A stretch of 62,960 nt of DNA from a virus (taxonomy: Duplodnaviria > Caudoviricetes), in the IMG/VR virus record IMGVR_UViG_3300036861_000645, positions 1 to 62,960 of that record. One strand, 5' to 3'. Made by a program: the position numbers and the translations under genes. The first letter of the stretch is position 1. Each line of letters begins with the position of its first letter. The notes beneath the pieces were generated by a model. The model was not told the DNA's origin. It saw only the letters and a program-made list of their open reading frames with translations, and made no database searches. Below are positions 44,655 through 54,323 of this stretch, piece by piece.

Positions 44655-46625
44655 ATGGTACAAATACGCTTTCCCACCATCGCCGATGATCCGAACGGGC
44701 ACTTCTTTGACGTAAAGCTCGACTATGGCGCGGCTGGGGATGGCGTCACCGATGATACGCCCGCGATTCAGGCGGCTCTTACGGCAGCCTCGACGGGCGC
44801 AAATTTCCAGGGCGCAAATGGGACCACGTATTTCCCGGCTGGCACATACCTCATTTCGGCGCGGCTTATCACGCATAAAGTCAGCGGCACGAGTTCATCA
44901 CGTCAGCGCCTGATCGGAGAAGACAAGGCGACGACGATCATCAAGCTCAAGGACAATTGCACAGGCTTCGGCAATGTCGCGGTGAGCCCCACGACGTTCT
45001 ATCCTCGTGCGATGTTCCGCAACGGCTCCTCGACCACGACAGGCGGTCAGGACGGCGGCAACAATGGCTTCAACAACTCCGTTCGTAATCTGACCTTCGA
45101 TATCGGGGCTGGGAATCCCGGCGCTTGCGCGATCGATCACAATGGCAACAACTGGTCGCTGCTCGAAGATCTCATCCTCAAATCGAGCGATCCGGATTTT
45201 ATCGGCCATAGCCTTCTCTATATGGGCCGCAATTATCCAGGCCCAGGCTACGGAAAGAACATCGAGCTCTATGGCTCGGATTTCCCACTGTTTCTTGGTG
45301 CGATCGAATACTCTTTTGCCTTCGAAGGCCTGAAGATCCGCAATGCGCGGCGCCAGGCCATCTATTGCCCGCAGAACGCGCTGATCCTGAAGGATGGCGA
45401 TATCGTCGGAACGCCCAACATCAAGGGCGGCACGATCTACAGCTATATGACGCTGCTCGACACAAGCATCACCTATACCGGCCCGCATCCGATCGTCACT
45501 CCGAAACCGCCACCACCGCCGCCGCCGAGCATCGCGCTGGACACAGGGCCCGGCAAAGCGTTCCTGCAGAATGTGCGGGTCGATCTTTTTGAGCATCTGG
45601 GGATCGGGCCGACACTGCCGGGCACGGGGACCTATCCCCTGATCACGACGGATGCGCAGATCTGCAGCCTCTTTGGGAACGGTACAGGGCTGGTTCCTCT
45701 CATGGCAGAGGACCCGACCGTGTCGCCGGCGCCGTACGACCCAGGCGACCCCACGAAATGGAATGTGATCTCTCTGACGCCGGCCGATTCCACTGTCGAC
45801 TCTGGTCCTGCCATCCAGGCCGGTCTCGACAGCGCGGCTGAAGTGGTGGTCATCCCGCCTGGTGTCTTCTACGTCAAAGACCCACTCCTCGTGCGCGGCT
45901 CCACGAAGCGGCTCTATAGCGCGGGTGCATTGCTTCTGCTGAAGTCTGATGCCTCCGGATGGAACGATCCGAACAATCCCAAAAGCTTTATTCGCTTCAC
46001 GTCGGCCACGACGGATTGCGTGCTCGATTCGGTCGACGGCGGGGATTCGGCCGATCCTGCGATCGGCGGCACGCTTGGCTATGTCTTCATCAGCCACGAA
46101 AGCCCGCGCAATCTCTATGTGCGGGATAGCGCGACATTCCAGGTCTCCAAGCTCTGGGGCTATCGCAACACGGTCGATGGCACGGGGAAAATCTATCTCG
46201 GCAACACAGCCCTGGGCGCGGTGCAGATCAATGGTCAACAGCTCTGGGCGCGCAACCTCAACATGGAGACCTACACGCAAGCCGCGGGCACGGGACGCTT
46301 TCATAACAACGGCGGGCAGGCCTGGATTCTGGGTCTCAAGACAGAGGGGAAAGGCACAATCATTCTGGCCGAGAACGGGTCGAAGACCGTTCTCTATGGC
46401 GGGTTCATCTATCCCAATCAGGATTGGGTCGGGGGTGATGGTCCGCTGTTCAAGGTGATCGATTCGGAGTTCTCGGCAAACTGGGTGGAAATGACCTTCA
46501 GCGGCGCCCGCGTGTATCAGGATCTCGTCGCGGAGACTGTCGGCGCGGAGACCCGCGTGCTCCGTAAGGTCGATGTCGGCGCCCGCGGCGCCGGCAGCGG
46601 CGTCATGCTCTATTCGAACGTGTGA
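44655..46625 (+). CDS. Tandem beta-helix depolymerase (Pectate_lyase_3/GH55-like)
   Basis: VKLDYGAAGDGVTDDTPAIQAAL...YFPAGTYLIS; second repeat DSGPAIQAGLD. Confidence 0.85.
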   Translation: MVQIRFPTIADDPNGHFFDVKLDYGAAGDGVTDDTPAIQAALTAASTGANFQGANGTTYFPAGTYLISARLITHKVSGTSSSRQRLIGEDKATTIIKLKDNCTGFGNVAVSPTTFYPRAMFRNGSSTTTGGQDGGNNGFNNSVRNLTFDIGAGNPGACAIDHNGNNWSLLEDLILKSSDPDFIGHSLLYMGRNYPGPGYGKNIELYGSDFPLFLGAIEYSFAFEGLKIRNARRQAIYCPQNALILKDGDIVGTPNIKGGTIYSYMTLLDTSITYTGPHPIVTPKPPPPPPPSIALDTGPGKAFLQNVRVDLFEHLGIGPTLPGTGTYPLITTDAQICSLFGNGTGLVPLMAEDPTVSPAPYDPGDPTKWNVISLTPADSTVDSGPAIQAGLDSAAEVVVIPPGVFYVKDPLLVRGSTKRLYSAGALLLLKSDASGWNDPNNPKSFIRFTSATTDCVLDSVDGGDSADPAIGGTLGYVFISHESPRNLYVRDSATFQVSKLWGYRNTVDGTGKIYLGNTALGAVQINGQQLWARNLNMETYTQAAGTGRFHNNGGQAWILGLKTEGKGTIILAENGSKTVLYGGFIYPNQDWVGGDGPLFKVIDSEFSANWVEMTFSGARVYQDLVAETVGAETRVLRKVDVGARGAGSGVMLYSNV

Positions 46626-46628
46626 GCC

Positions 46629-47585
46629 ATGCCAACCATTCGCTTCCCCCCAGCGCTGAGCGGCACCTTCCTCTTCGATGTCAGGGCCTATGGTGCGGTC
46701 GGTGATGGCGTTGCGGACGACACGGTGGCGGTGCAAGCCGCGACCACGGCGGCATGCGACTTCGCCGGGATTGCCTATGCCGTGGTGTATTTTCCGATCG
46801 GAACCTATCTCATCAGCGATCGGATCATGACGCATGCGTCGAGCGGCTCTCCTCCGACCAGATCGCGCAAGCAGTTCATCGGGGAGAGTCGTGAGCTCAG
46901 CGTCATCAAGCTCAAGGACAATGCGACGGGCTTCACGACCATCCCGGACAATCTGACGACATTCTATCCTCGGGGTATGATCCGCAACTCGGGCTCTAAT
47001 CCGCTCATCGGGACGGACGACGGCAGCAACAATGGATTCTTCAATACGTTCAAGAACATGACGATGGATATCGGGTCCGGCAATGTCGGCGCCTGCGCGA
47101 TCGATTTCAATGGCAACAATTGGTGCCTGCTCGAAAATCTTCTGCTGCGCTCCAGCGATCCCGAGTTCAAGGGGCACTCCTTGCTCTACATGGGCCGCCC
47201 TTACCCGGGACCGGGTTACGCGCGCATGCTGGATCTGCGCGGCACCGAGTATCCGCTCTTTGTCGGCCAGCCAGAATACTCCTTCATTTTCGAGAATCTG
47301 ACCATTCGTAACGCCCGGACACGCGGGATCTACAACCAGCAGAACATGCTGATCATCCGTGGGCTGGACTACATCGGCACACCGCCGAGCTATGCGTCAT
47401 CCAATCCACTGGCGGCATTGACGCTCATCGATTCGGTAATGAGCGGCGTTGCGGAGAAACAGGGCAGCAGCGGCCTTGCCACGGGCGTTGGTCTTGCCGC
47501 CCGGGCCGGCCTTGATGTGAATGTCGGCTTAAGGGCCGGCACAGGCATCGCGACGGGAACAGGGGTCGGAAAAGTATGGCCATAG
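46629..47585 (+). CDS. Beta-helix protein, paralog of the N-half of 44655-46625
   Basis: VRAYGAVGDGVADDT...YFPIGTYLIS. Confidence 0.8.
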   Translation: MPTIRFPPALSGTFLFDVRAYGAVGDGVADDTVAVQAATTAACDFAGIAYAVVYFPIGTYLISDRIMTHASSGSPPTRSRKQFIGESRELSVIKLKDNATGFTTIPDNLTTFYPRGMIRNSGSNPLIGTDDGSNNGFFNTFKNMTMDIGSGNVGACAIDFNGNNWCLLENLLLRSSDPEFKGHSLLYMGRPYPGPGYARMLDLRGTEYPLFVGQPEYSFIFENLTIRNARTRGIYNQQNMLIIRGLDYIGTPPSYASSNPLAALTLIDSVMSGVAEKQGSSGLATGVGLAARAGLDVNVGLRAGTGIATGTGVGKVWP

Positions 47586-48097
47586 ATTGGAAGATGATCG
47601 CAACGCTCGAAGGCGCGCGCATCCTCACAGGCTACGTGCCCGATCCTGGCGCCTCGAAATCCGGCGTGACGATCGCCACGGGCTTTGACCTCGGCCAGCG
47701 GGCCGACGCGGATCTCATGGATTTGCCGAATGCGCTGCGGGTGAGGCTCCACGATTATCTCCATCTCCGTGGCCCGAAAGCGGTGGAGATGCTTCGCGCC
47801 CATCCCTTGGAAATCACGCCCGCTGAGGCCGATCTGCTCGACGCCAAGGCGCAGGCCGAGACAGAGACCATGCTCCGCGCGCTCCTGCCGGGGTTCGATC
47901 AGATGCCGGATGCGGTTCAAACTGTGGCCGCCAGCGTGAGCCTCCAATACGGCTCGCTGCGCACGGAGTGCCCGAAATTCTTCGCGCTGCTCCAAGGTCG
48001 GGACTGGCGGGGCATGGCTGAGGAGCTGGATGACTTTGGCGATGCCTACACCATGCGCCGGCACAAAGAGCGCGACTATCTGAAGGCCCGGCTATGA
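47576..48097 (+). CDS. Endolysin, pesticin-C / T4-lysozyme-like muramidase
   Basis: LEG...GYVP...SGVTIATGFDLGQ...QTVAASV..QYG...RR.KE. Confidence 0.85.
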   Translation: MAIDWKMIATLEGARILTGYVPDPGASKSGVTIATGFDLGQRADADLMDLPNALRVRLHDYLHLRGPKAVEMLRAHPLEITPAEADLLDAKAQAETETMLRALLPGFDQMPDAVQTVAASVSLQYGSLRTECPKFFALLQGRDWRGMAEELDDFGDAYTMRRHKERDYLKARL

Positions 48098-48639
48098 CGC
48101 CTGCGGATCTCGTCTTCATCGTCTTTGCGGCCTTCGTCAATCGCTGGCGTGGGGGAGGCGCACCCGGTCATCTCTGGGGCGCCCCGGCGATCATCCCTGG
48201 GCTTGCACTCGGCGCCATGGCGGCAATTCTCCTCTGGTCCTGGCCCATGGGACTTCTCGTCGCCTTCGGCTATATCGTTTGGGGAATCGGAGGATATGGC
48301 GATTCCTCGATGGGCCGTTCGACCAATCCCCGGGCACCCTGGCCCTGGCCGATCGAGCATCTGATCACCGGAATCCCGGGCTGGCCCAAAGAGGCGGCGG
48401 GCATGGCGCTGCGCTCATTATTCGCGGCGCCCTTCTTCGCCCTTGTTGCGCTCTATCGGCATGAGCCGGTTCTGTTCCTCTGGCTCCTGCCGTTTGCGGC
48501 GCTGGTCACAGGGGCGTATGTCTTAGCCTGGCGGCTCTTCTGGCCCGGCCGCTGGGGGATTGCGCCGACGGAGCTGGCTGAGATTCTGACGGGCGTGATT
48601 TGGGGCGGGTCTATCTTGGTGGTGTCTCATGGCCTCTAA
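48094..48639 (+). CDS. Multi-TM membrane protein
   Basis: Several hydrophobic segments, NRWRGG. Confidence 0.65.
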   Translation: MTPADLVFIVFAAFVNRWRGGGAPGHLWGAPAIIPGLALGAMAAILLWSWPMGLLVAFGYIVWGIGGYGDSSMGRSTNPRAPWPWPIEHLITGIPGWPKEAAGMALRSLFAAPFFALVALYRHEPVLFLWLLPFAALVTGAYVLAWRLFWPGRWGIAPTELAEILTGVIWGGSILVVSHGL

Positions 48640-49165
48640 ATTCTGGGATAGCCTCGCGAAGTTTGCTCCGACGCTGGCGACGGCGATCGGAACGCCCTTT
48701 GGCGTTGGACCGATTGCGGGCTGGGCGGTCAGTGCGCTTGAGCAGGCGCTTGGGCTGCCGCAGAACTCGACGGAGGAGGAGCAGGCTGCGGCGCTGGCAA
48801 CGGCGACCCCGGAGCAGATCATCGCATTGAAGAAGGCCGACCAGGAGTTTCAGGTCAAGCTGAAACAGATGGACGTTGATCTCGAAAAGATCAGCGTCGA
48901 TGACCGCCGCTCAGCGCGAGACATGCAGATCGCGAACAAGGACTGGATCCCCGGTGCGCTCGCATTCCTCGCCATCGGTGCCTTTACGATTCTCTGCTCC
49001 TTCGTCTTAAGCGGCTTGGTCGATTTGAAGGGCGAAAGCGGCCTCATGGTGGGCACGATTATCGGTCTGGCCGGCAGCTTCGCGAAGGATGTCTATTCCT
49101 TTTACTTTGGTTCAACACGGTCATCGCAGGCGAAGGATCTGACGATCTCGAACCTTTCGAAATAG
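48629..49165 (+). CDS. Holin-like protein (GTA 3TM-holin-like)
   Basis: APTLATA, DRRSARDM, two C-terminal TMs, FYFGS. Confidence 0.7.
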   Translation: MASKFWDSLAKFAPTLATAIGTPFGVGPIAGWAVSALEQALGLPQNSTEEEQAAALATATPEQIIALKKADQEFQVKLKQMDVDLEKISVDDRRSARDMQIANKDWIPGALAFLAIGAFTILCSFVLSGLVDLKGESGLMVGTIIGLAGSFAKDVYSFYFGSTRSSQAKDLTISNLSK

Positions 49166-49244
49166 GTGCACAATGAGATTTTGGCGCCCCCTATCCGAAG
49201 AAACCCGAGCGTTTCGGCGCGCGCTCCTGAAGGAGTTACGCATC

Positions 49245-49442
49245 ATGACTCAAGCCACAGACAATCTTGCCTTGGCCGTGAACGGTCTCGCGGCCGAGAT
49301 CCCCGCCGTCGTCGCGGCGCTGCAAGCCACGGGCACGCCCGATGCTGTGATCCAGCAATTCGCGGATCAGATCAACAGCATCACGGCCCAGATTGTGGCG
49401 GCGCTGCCGCCGGCCCCCCCGCCGGCTCCGCCTACACCGTAA
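49245..49442 (+). CDS. Hypothetical protein
   Basis: AAGGAG RBS; start could instead be 49173. Confidence 0.55.
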   Translation: MTQATDNLALAVNGLAAEIPAVVAALQATGTPDAVIQQFADQINSITAQIVAALPPAPPPAPPTP

Positions 49443-49450
49443 CAAAGAGA

Positions 49451-49480
49451 CCGGGCGCCCGGCTGTTGCTCGGCGCCCGG
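49451..49480. terminator. GC-rich hairpin between convergent genes
   Basis: CCGGGCGCC / GGCGCCCGG; no clear U tract. Confidence 0.35.
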
Positions 49481-49510
49481 CATTCCTGAAAGGAGACAAT
49501 GCCGTGGATC

Positions 49511-49981
49511 TTATTTCCTCTGTCTCGCTCGAATTTTGCGCTGCCCCTCGCGGGCTCGTTTTCTCGCGCATATCAAACAGAGGCGAGCGTGAGGTAAACA
49601 GAACCGAACCAGATTGCCTTCGACAAGTGGATGGCCCTGCGGGCAGTGAGTCTTTCGTTTGTTTTTGTAGGCGATGTGGCCAGGGCTCAAGTCGCCAAAG
49701 TGCTGGGAAGGAGTTGTTGCTTGTAAGTGGGACGGACGAACACAAAGCCTATTCTCACATCTATGATGGAGATGTGCACTCGGCTCCAATGGTCCCACGA
49801 AAAGTTCGTAACCAATGCGATATGCGTCTCGACATTTGCCTTTATAAAAGAATCGTCCGCACCCGGAGCGTCCTATGCTCGATGTAAAGTTCCAGCAGCG
49901 GCCTAAATTCTCGCGAAGGACAGGGCCGTGCTTATCGACCTTATCCATGAAACGCTCTCGAACGGGTTGGTTCTTTGTCAT
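49511..49981 (-). CDS. HNH homing endonuclease (antisense insertion)
   Basis: CWNF, HHRCENRLCVRPSHL, KTHCPQGH, CLIC. Confidence 0.88.
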   Translation of the reverse strand: MTKNQPVRERFMDKVDKHGPVLRENLGRCWNFTSSIGRSGCGRFFYKGKCRDAYRIGYELFVGPLEPSAHLHHRCENRLCVRPSHLQATTPSQHFGDLSPGHIAYKNKRKTHCPQGHPLVEGNLVRFCLPHARLCLICARKRAREGQRKIRARQRK

Positions 49982-50015
49982 ATTTTGAGTAAATACCTAT
50001 GCCAATGGAAAGGCA

Positions 50016-50213
50016 ATGCCGATGTCTCTCATAGGCCTAATTATCACTCTAATCGTTGTTGGAGTGCTGCTCTGGTTGGTCAACACCTATCTGCCTCTTG
50101 ACCCGAAAATCAAGCAGATCCTGAATGTCGCCGTTGTCATCATTGTTGTGCTCTGGCTGCTGCAGGCGCTTGTTGGTGTTGGAACGCTCGGTGACATTCG
50201 CATCGGGCGATAG
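50016..50213 (+). CDS. Thivi_2564-like two-TM membrane protein
   Basis: LIVVGVLLWLVNTYLPLDPKIKQILNVAVVI. Confidence 0.75.
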   Translation: MPMSLIGLIITLIVVGVLLWLVNTYLPLDPKIKQILNVAVVIIVVLWLLQALVGVGTLGDIRIGR

Positions 50214-50221
50214 CGTGAGGC

Positions 50222-50575
50222 ATGGAGGGAAAGCCGTCTTGGATCATCAGGCAAGTTCATGGGCTTCGGGTTTCCCTTGCGACCCTCATCGCGCAGGCCG
50301 AAGCCAATGAGAAAGCGCTTAAGGTCCAAGCTGCGGAATATGAGCGGCGGCTTAATCTCCTTAACGGAGAGGCGGCCCGGCTTCGTGAGATTCAGGCCAC
50401 CTATCTGCCCCGCGAGGTCTTCGAAAACAAGCTGACGGAGTTGAACAAGGAGCTTCTGGAACTTAAGACGTACAAGGACAATACGGCGGGGCGTCAGGCC
50501 ATTGTCGCCCTCGTGATTCCAACCGTGGTATCTCTGATGTTTGCCGCCTTCAATTATTTTGTGATGAGAAAGTAG
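50222..50575 (+). CDS. Coiled-coil protein with C-terminal TM (lysis region)
   Basis: Sequence composition. Confidence 0.6.
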   Translation: MEGKPSWIIRQVHGLRVSLATLIAQAEANEKALKVQAAEYERRLNLLNGEAARLREIQATYLPREVFENKLTELNKELLELKTYKDNTAGRQAIVALVIPTVVSLMFAAFNYFVMRK

Positions 50576-50585
50576 CGGAAATATT

Positions 50586-50894
50586 GTGGAGGGATCCGGT
50601 GATCGAGAGACGGAACTCAATGGCCAAGGCGCGGTTGACCATCTTGCGCGGGGCCTTGCGAGGGACGCCATGCAATATGTCAAATCCTATGAACGCCTCA
50701 ATGCGAAGGACATGGAGAACTTTCAGAAGCAGTTGGACCGCATCGAGAGATCACTGGTCGAGCAGACCAGGGAGTTGAAGCTCGCCATCAAGGGGTTGTC
50801 GGCCCCCATGCTGGCAGGAATTGGAACGGCGTTTATCATCCTGATCGGCACCGTCGGGTGGCTGATCGCGGAACTGGTCCATAAGGGACCCTAA
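50586..50894 (+). CDS. Coiled-coil protein with C-terminal TM (lysis region)
   Basis: Sequence composition. Confidence 0.6.
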   Translation: MEGSGDRETELNGQGAVDHLARGLARDAMQYVKSYERLNAKDMENFQKQLDRIERSLVEQTRELKLAIKGLSAPMLAGIGTAFIILIGTVGWLIAELVHKGP

Positions 50895-50906
50895 GGAGAT
50901 GTCATC

Positions 50907-53192
50907 ATGGCGTTGAGCGCAGGCACAGGCGTTTCGAAGCAGCCCACGGGCGCGGAAGTCACGATCGCGCTGACGGACCTTCAGGTGGCTCTCACGAGCC
51001 TTGTGGCCCTCGCCACCGCGGCGAACACAACGGCGAACCAGGCGCTGACCCGCGTGGCGACGGTCGAGCCCATCGTCAACGGGCTCAATTCCCAGCAGCA
51101 GCAGAATGTTGCCGCCATCGCCGCGGCGCAGGCTGGGGTCACCCAGGCGCAGCAATCCATCAACGCGAACACGGCCGCCGATGCCCAGAAGGCCACGCAG
51201 ATCGCAGGGCTTCAGACCGGCCTCAGCGTGGCTCAGGGCGATATCAACATCCTGAAGCAGGCGGGCGGCGCCGTCGAGAGCCCCAACGGGACACCGATCA
51301 CACCCGGCGCCGGCACCGCCTATGACGCCGCCGTAGCCGCCTGGACCATCGCGGGCAGCCTCCCGGCCGGCGGCCATCCCCAGAAGGCCGGTGTCGATTA
51401 CGGCTCGGTCACGACCGCCGTCTTCGGGAAATATTACAAGCCCACCTCTGCCGCCGGGGTCATGTACTTCAAGGATTTCGCGGGGGCGTGGTGGAAGGAC
51501 AACGGAACGACCTTGGTCGCCAATACGGCGGGCGATCCCGATGCGCCCATCACGATCGCCGAGAGCACCAACGGCGCGGCCATCACGCCGAGCTCGGGCA
51601 CGGATTACGACAGCGCGCTCGCGCCCTGGACCATCGCGGGCAGCCTCCCGGCCGGCGGTCAGGTCAAAAAGAGCGGCGCGAACTATGGCTCGGTCACGAC
51701 CGCAGTCTATGGCAAATATTACAAGCCGACCTCCGCTGCGGGCGTCATGTATTTCAAGGACGCCGCGAACAATTGGTGGCGGGACAACGGGACCACGCTC
51801 GTTGCGAACACCGCCGGCGATCCGGACAATCCCACGGTCATCAGCGAGAGCACCGATAATACCTCCATCACGCTGAACAATGGCTTCCTCTACGATGCCA
51901 ATCTCTATCGCTGGGCCGTGGTGCTTAATTTCCCGGGGACGGCGACCGGATCGACCTCGCTTGTCACGCGCGCGCCGCCCTATACCGGCCCCGATATCTG
52001 GCCGAACTCCACCATCGTGCCGCCCACCGATCAGGGCAATCACGATGTCCAATCGGCGTTCTACAACGGCCATGCGGTCTATCAGGTCAACACCATCGGC
52101 GCGATCTACAAGGTCGTCCTGACCCCACCCAGCACCTTCGTCGGCTCGGGCCCCATCACACCGGACCCGCGGGGCACCTCGAGCTTGCCAACCATCGCGG
52201 CGGCGGCCAAGCCCGGCGGGGTGATCCAGTTCGGCGGCATCGCCTCGAACGAGCTCACGAATTTCAATCAGTATTGCGGATGGTGGCGTCTGACGGCCGA
52301 TGCGACGGCCGATTCGGCGCCGCTCTGGAACGGAACGACCTTCACCAACACGATGGCCCAGCTCATGGGCACCGGCAAGATCGTCTTCATCATCACCTAT
52401 TTCGCTTATGGCTCGGACGTCACAAACTACAACGATCCGACCACGGTCAATACGACCAAGCTGAACAGCTACATCAACACCTACATCCCGGCGATGGTGG
52501 CGGGCGTGCGCTCGCGCTATCCGAACTCGCAAAATCAGATCGTCTGGCAGGTCTACAACGAGCCCCATATGCGCCAGGACCTCCTGCGCGGGACATGGCT
52601 GCCGGCGATCATCACGGCCATCCGCAATGCGGAGATCGCGCAGGGCGAACCGCCGCACTACATCGCCGTCATGGCATCCGACGCTCCTACAGCCGGCGGT
52701 CATCAGGACTGGGATATCGGCCTTATCAACATGGCGCCGTTCTCCGATACTCGGATCATCTATGGCTTTCACTGGTACACCCCAGGGAATTACACGGGCC
52801 AGGGCACGGCAGGATGGCCTGCTGCGGGCACCGTGAGCTATCCCCAGTCGGGAGACCAGACGACGCTCACCAATCGCTTCAACGCCGTGAACAACTACAA
52901 GAACACGAACAGCGTGCCGATCCTGCTGGATGAGTACAACTGCGCCGGCTTCGACCCCGGCTCGAGCGGACCTGGCTTCCGTCCCATGCCTCTGATGCGC
53001 AGTCGCTTCATGAAGGACATCACCGATGCCGCCAAGAGCCGCGGCTTCATCGTCGGCCCCTTCGGCATCCAGGATTACAACTCCTGGGATCCGCTCGTGG
53101 ACAATGCGCGGCCGAATCGGGTGATCGCGGCGCAGCTCATCACGCGCGACTTCGGCGACGGGCTCGGGCCGGTCCCGATCGTGTGGGGGTGA
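50907..53192 (+). CDS. Fibre-like protein with C-terminal GH5-like glycoside hydrolase
   Basis: Coiled-coil N-terminus; two 95-aa repeats; WQVYNEPH, YGFHWY, PILLDEY. Confidence 0.8.
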   Translation: MALSAGTGVSKQPTGAEVTIALTDLQVALTSLVALATAANTTANQALTRVATVEPIVNGLNSQQQQNVAAIAAAQAGVTQAQQSINANTAADAQKATQIAGLQTGLSVAQGDINILKQAGGAVESPNGTPITPGAGTAYDAAVAAWTIAGSLPAGGHPQKAGVDYGSVTTAVFGKYYKPTSAAGVMYFKDFAGAWWKDNGTTLVANTAGDPDAPITIAESTNGAAITPSSGTDYDSALAPWTIAGSLPAGGQVKKSGANYGSVTTAVYGKYYKPTSAAGVMYFKDAANNWWRDNGTTLVANTAGDPDNPTVISESTDNTSITLNNGFLYDANLYRWAVVLNFPGTATGSTSLVTRAPPYTGPDIWPNSTIVPPTDQGNHDVQSAFYNGHAVYQVNTIGAIYKVVLTPPSTFVGSGPITPDPRGTSSLPTIAAAAKPGGVIQFGGIASNELTNFNQYCGWWRLTADATADSAPLWNGTTFTNTMAQLMGTGKIVFIITYFAYGSDVTNYNDPTTVNTTKLNSYINTYIPAMVAGVRSRYPNSQNQIVWQVYNEPHMRQDLLRGTWLPAIITAIRNAEIAQGEPPHYIAVMASDAPTAGGHQDWDIGLINMAPFSDTRIIYGFHWYTPGNYTGQGTAGWPAAGTVSYPQSGDQTTLTNRFNAVNNYKNTNSVPILLDEYNCAGFDPGSSGPGFRPMPLMRSRFMKDITDAAKSRGFIVGPFGIQDYNSWDPLVDNARPNRVIAAQLITRDFGDGLGPVPIVWG
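51276..51845 (+). repeat. Diverged 285-bp tandem duplication inside the GH5 fibre gene
   Basis: WTIAGSLPAGG, YGSVTTAV, GKYYKPTSAAGVMYFKD, DNGTTLVANTAGDPD each occur twice. Confidence 0.9.
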
Positions 53193-53198
53193 GGCCTC

Positions 53199-53426
53199 TC
53201 AGAGAGTTGAGCGGTAATAGTTCAGAATCGCCAAGGCAGCGGGATGGCTGGGTGTTTTTTTAAGCGCCTCCCATGCCTGCCGGATTGCTTCCTCTGCCAG
53301 CTTAATAGCTGCAGTGCGCCGCTCGATCTCCTTCGCCCCCTTCATGAGCATGTCGAAGGCCTCGCTCGGCCGAGCCATGGGAAGCTTTAGAGCGGTCTCG
53401 CGCATCTCGGCGGCGATGTCGGTCAT
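53199..53426 (-). CDS. Hypothetical protein
   Basis: DI...MR...AKEIERR pattern. Confidence 0.6.
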   Translation of the reverse strand: MTDIAAEMRETALKLPMARPSEAFDMLMKGAKEIERRTAAIKLAEEAIRQAWEALKKTPSHPAALAILNYYRSTL

Positions 53427-53437
53427 GGGCGCGGCCT

Positions 53438-54088
53438 CTATGCTTGTTTCTGCGCGAGCTGCTCAGCCGCGCACTTTCGGATGTCCGCGATGGCGTTCTC
53501 GGTGCTGTCAAAAAACCACGGCACAGACTTGCGGGATGCGTGATAGATGAGCGTTCCCGCCATCTGGACTCCGACCTTATCCTGTAGAGCCTTGCCCTTC
53601 TCGCCGGCCAGATGCACCGCCCATCCAGCCCGGCAATGCGTCGTACCGCACCAATGATCATCCGGGCCGTGCCACGAGTCCATGTCTAGGGTGCCGCCGG
53701 TTTCGATTGCCTTGAGAATTTCGGCGTCGATTGCGTCGATGACAGGAATCTCTTCTGGCGGAATTTTCAAGGCGTCTGCGAGGTTGGCGCCCGCGAGGTT
53801 GGCGTCCGCGAGGTTGGCGTCCGCGAGGTTGGCGCCCGCGAGGTTGGCGCCCGCGAGGTTGGCGCCCGCGAGGTAGGCGCCCGCGAGGTAGGCGCGCGCG
53901 AGGTTGGCGCCCGCGAGGTAGGCGCCCGCGAGGTAGGCGCGCGCGAGGTCGGCGCCCGCGATGTCGGCGCGCGCTTTCACTGCTAGTTCTAGCGCGACCT
54001 TGCAGCGCAGATGCTCCTCCGTATCGTCGGGGATTTCCTGCGTATAGATCACCTTGGCCGTGATCCTGGCTTTGAATTCGAATTTCAT
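53438..54088 (-). CDS. Pentapeptide-repeat protein with CGTTHCRAGW C-terminal domain
   Basis: A(N/Y/D)LA(G/R/D) repeats, 15-bp units about 53776-53975. Confidence 0.9.
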   Translation of the reverse strand: MKFEFKARITAKVIYTQEIPDDTEEHLRCKVALELAVKARADIAGADLARAYLAGAYLAGANLARAYLAGAYLAGANLAGANLAGANLADANLADANLAGANLADALKIPPEEIPVIDAIDAEILKAIETGGTLDMDSWHGPDDHWCGTTHCRAGWAVHLAGEKGKALQDKVGVQMAGTLIYHASRKSVPWFFDSTENAIADIRKCAAEQLAQKQA

Positions 54089-54099
54089 CTGTTGGGGCT

Positions 54100-54309
54100 C
54101 TAGTGGTCTGCGACGACTTCGAAGCCGTCATTGTAACGGAGCACGTCGCCAAGATAGTAATCCGGACCTTCGGTCGGCAGAGTTCCTTGGCAGTAGAAAT
54201 AGCCTCTGGCGTAGACCGCCTTCACTGGCTTCTTGTGAAGCGGGTTGTTAGCGTTCGGATGAAGCAGGACGAGCGAGCCGTCCTCGATCTTGTCAAAGTC
54301 TGTGCGCAT
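54100..54309 (-). CDS. Hypothetical protein
   Basis: RBS and ORF. Confidence 0.6.
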   Translation of the reverse strand: MRTDFDKIEDGSLVLLHPNANNPLHKKPVKAVYARGYFYCQGTLPTEGPDYYLGDVLRYNDGFEVVADH

Positions 54310-54323
54310 CTCGGGCCTTTCCT

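Noticed and set aside
25705-52772. Long antisense ORFs (25705-28053, 28902-31421, 40513-42300, 44898-47177, 50751-52772)
   Set aside because: Typical shadows of GC3-rich genes; no motifs or RBS
42660-53192. Diversity-generating retroelement (expected by analogy with BPP-1)
   Set aside because: No reverse transcriptase ORF; duplicated segments are all coding and their differences are not adenine-specific
54130-54200. Possible reverse-strand tRNA suggested by the shadow peptide GARRQDSNP
   Set aside because: No TTCG T-loop or cloverleaf; lies within CDS 54100-54309
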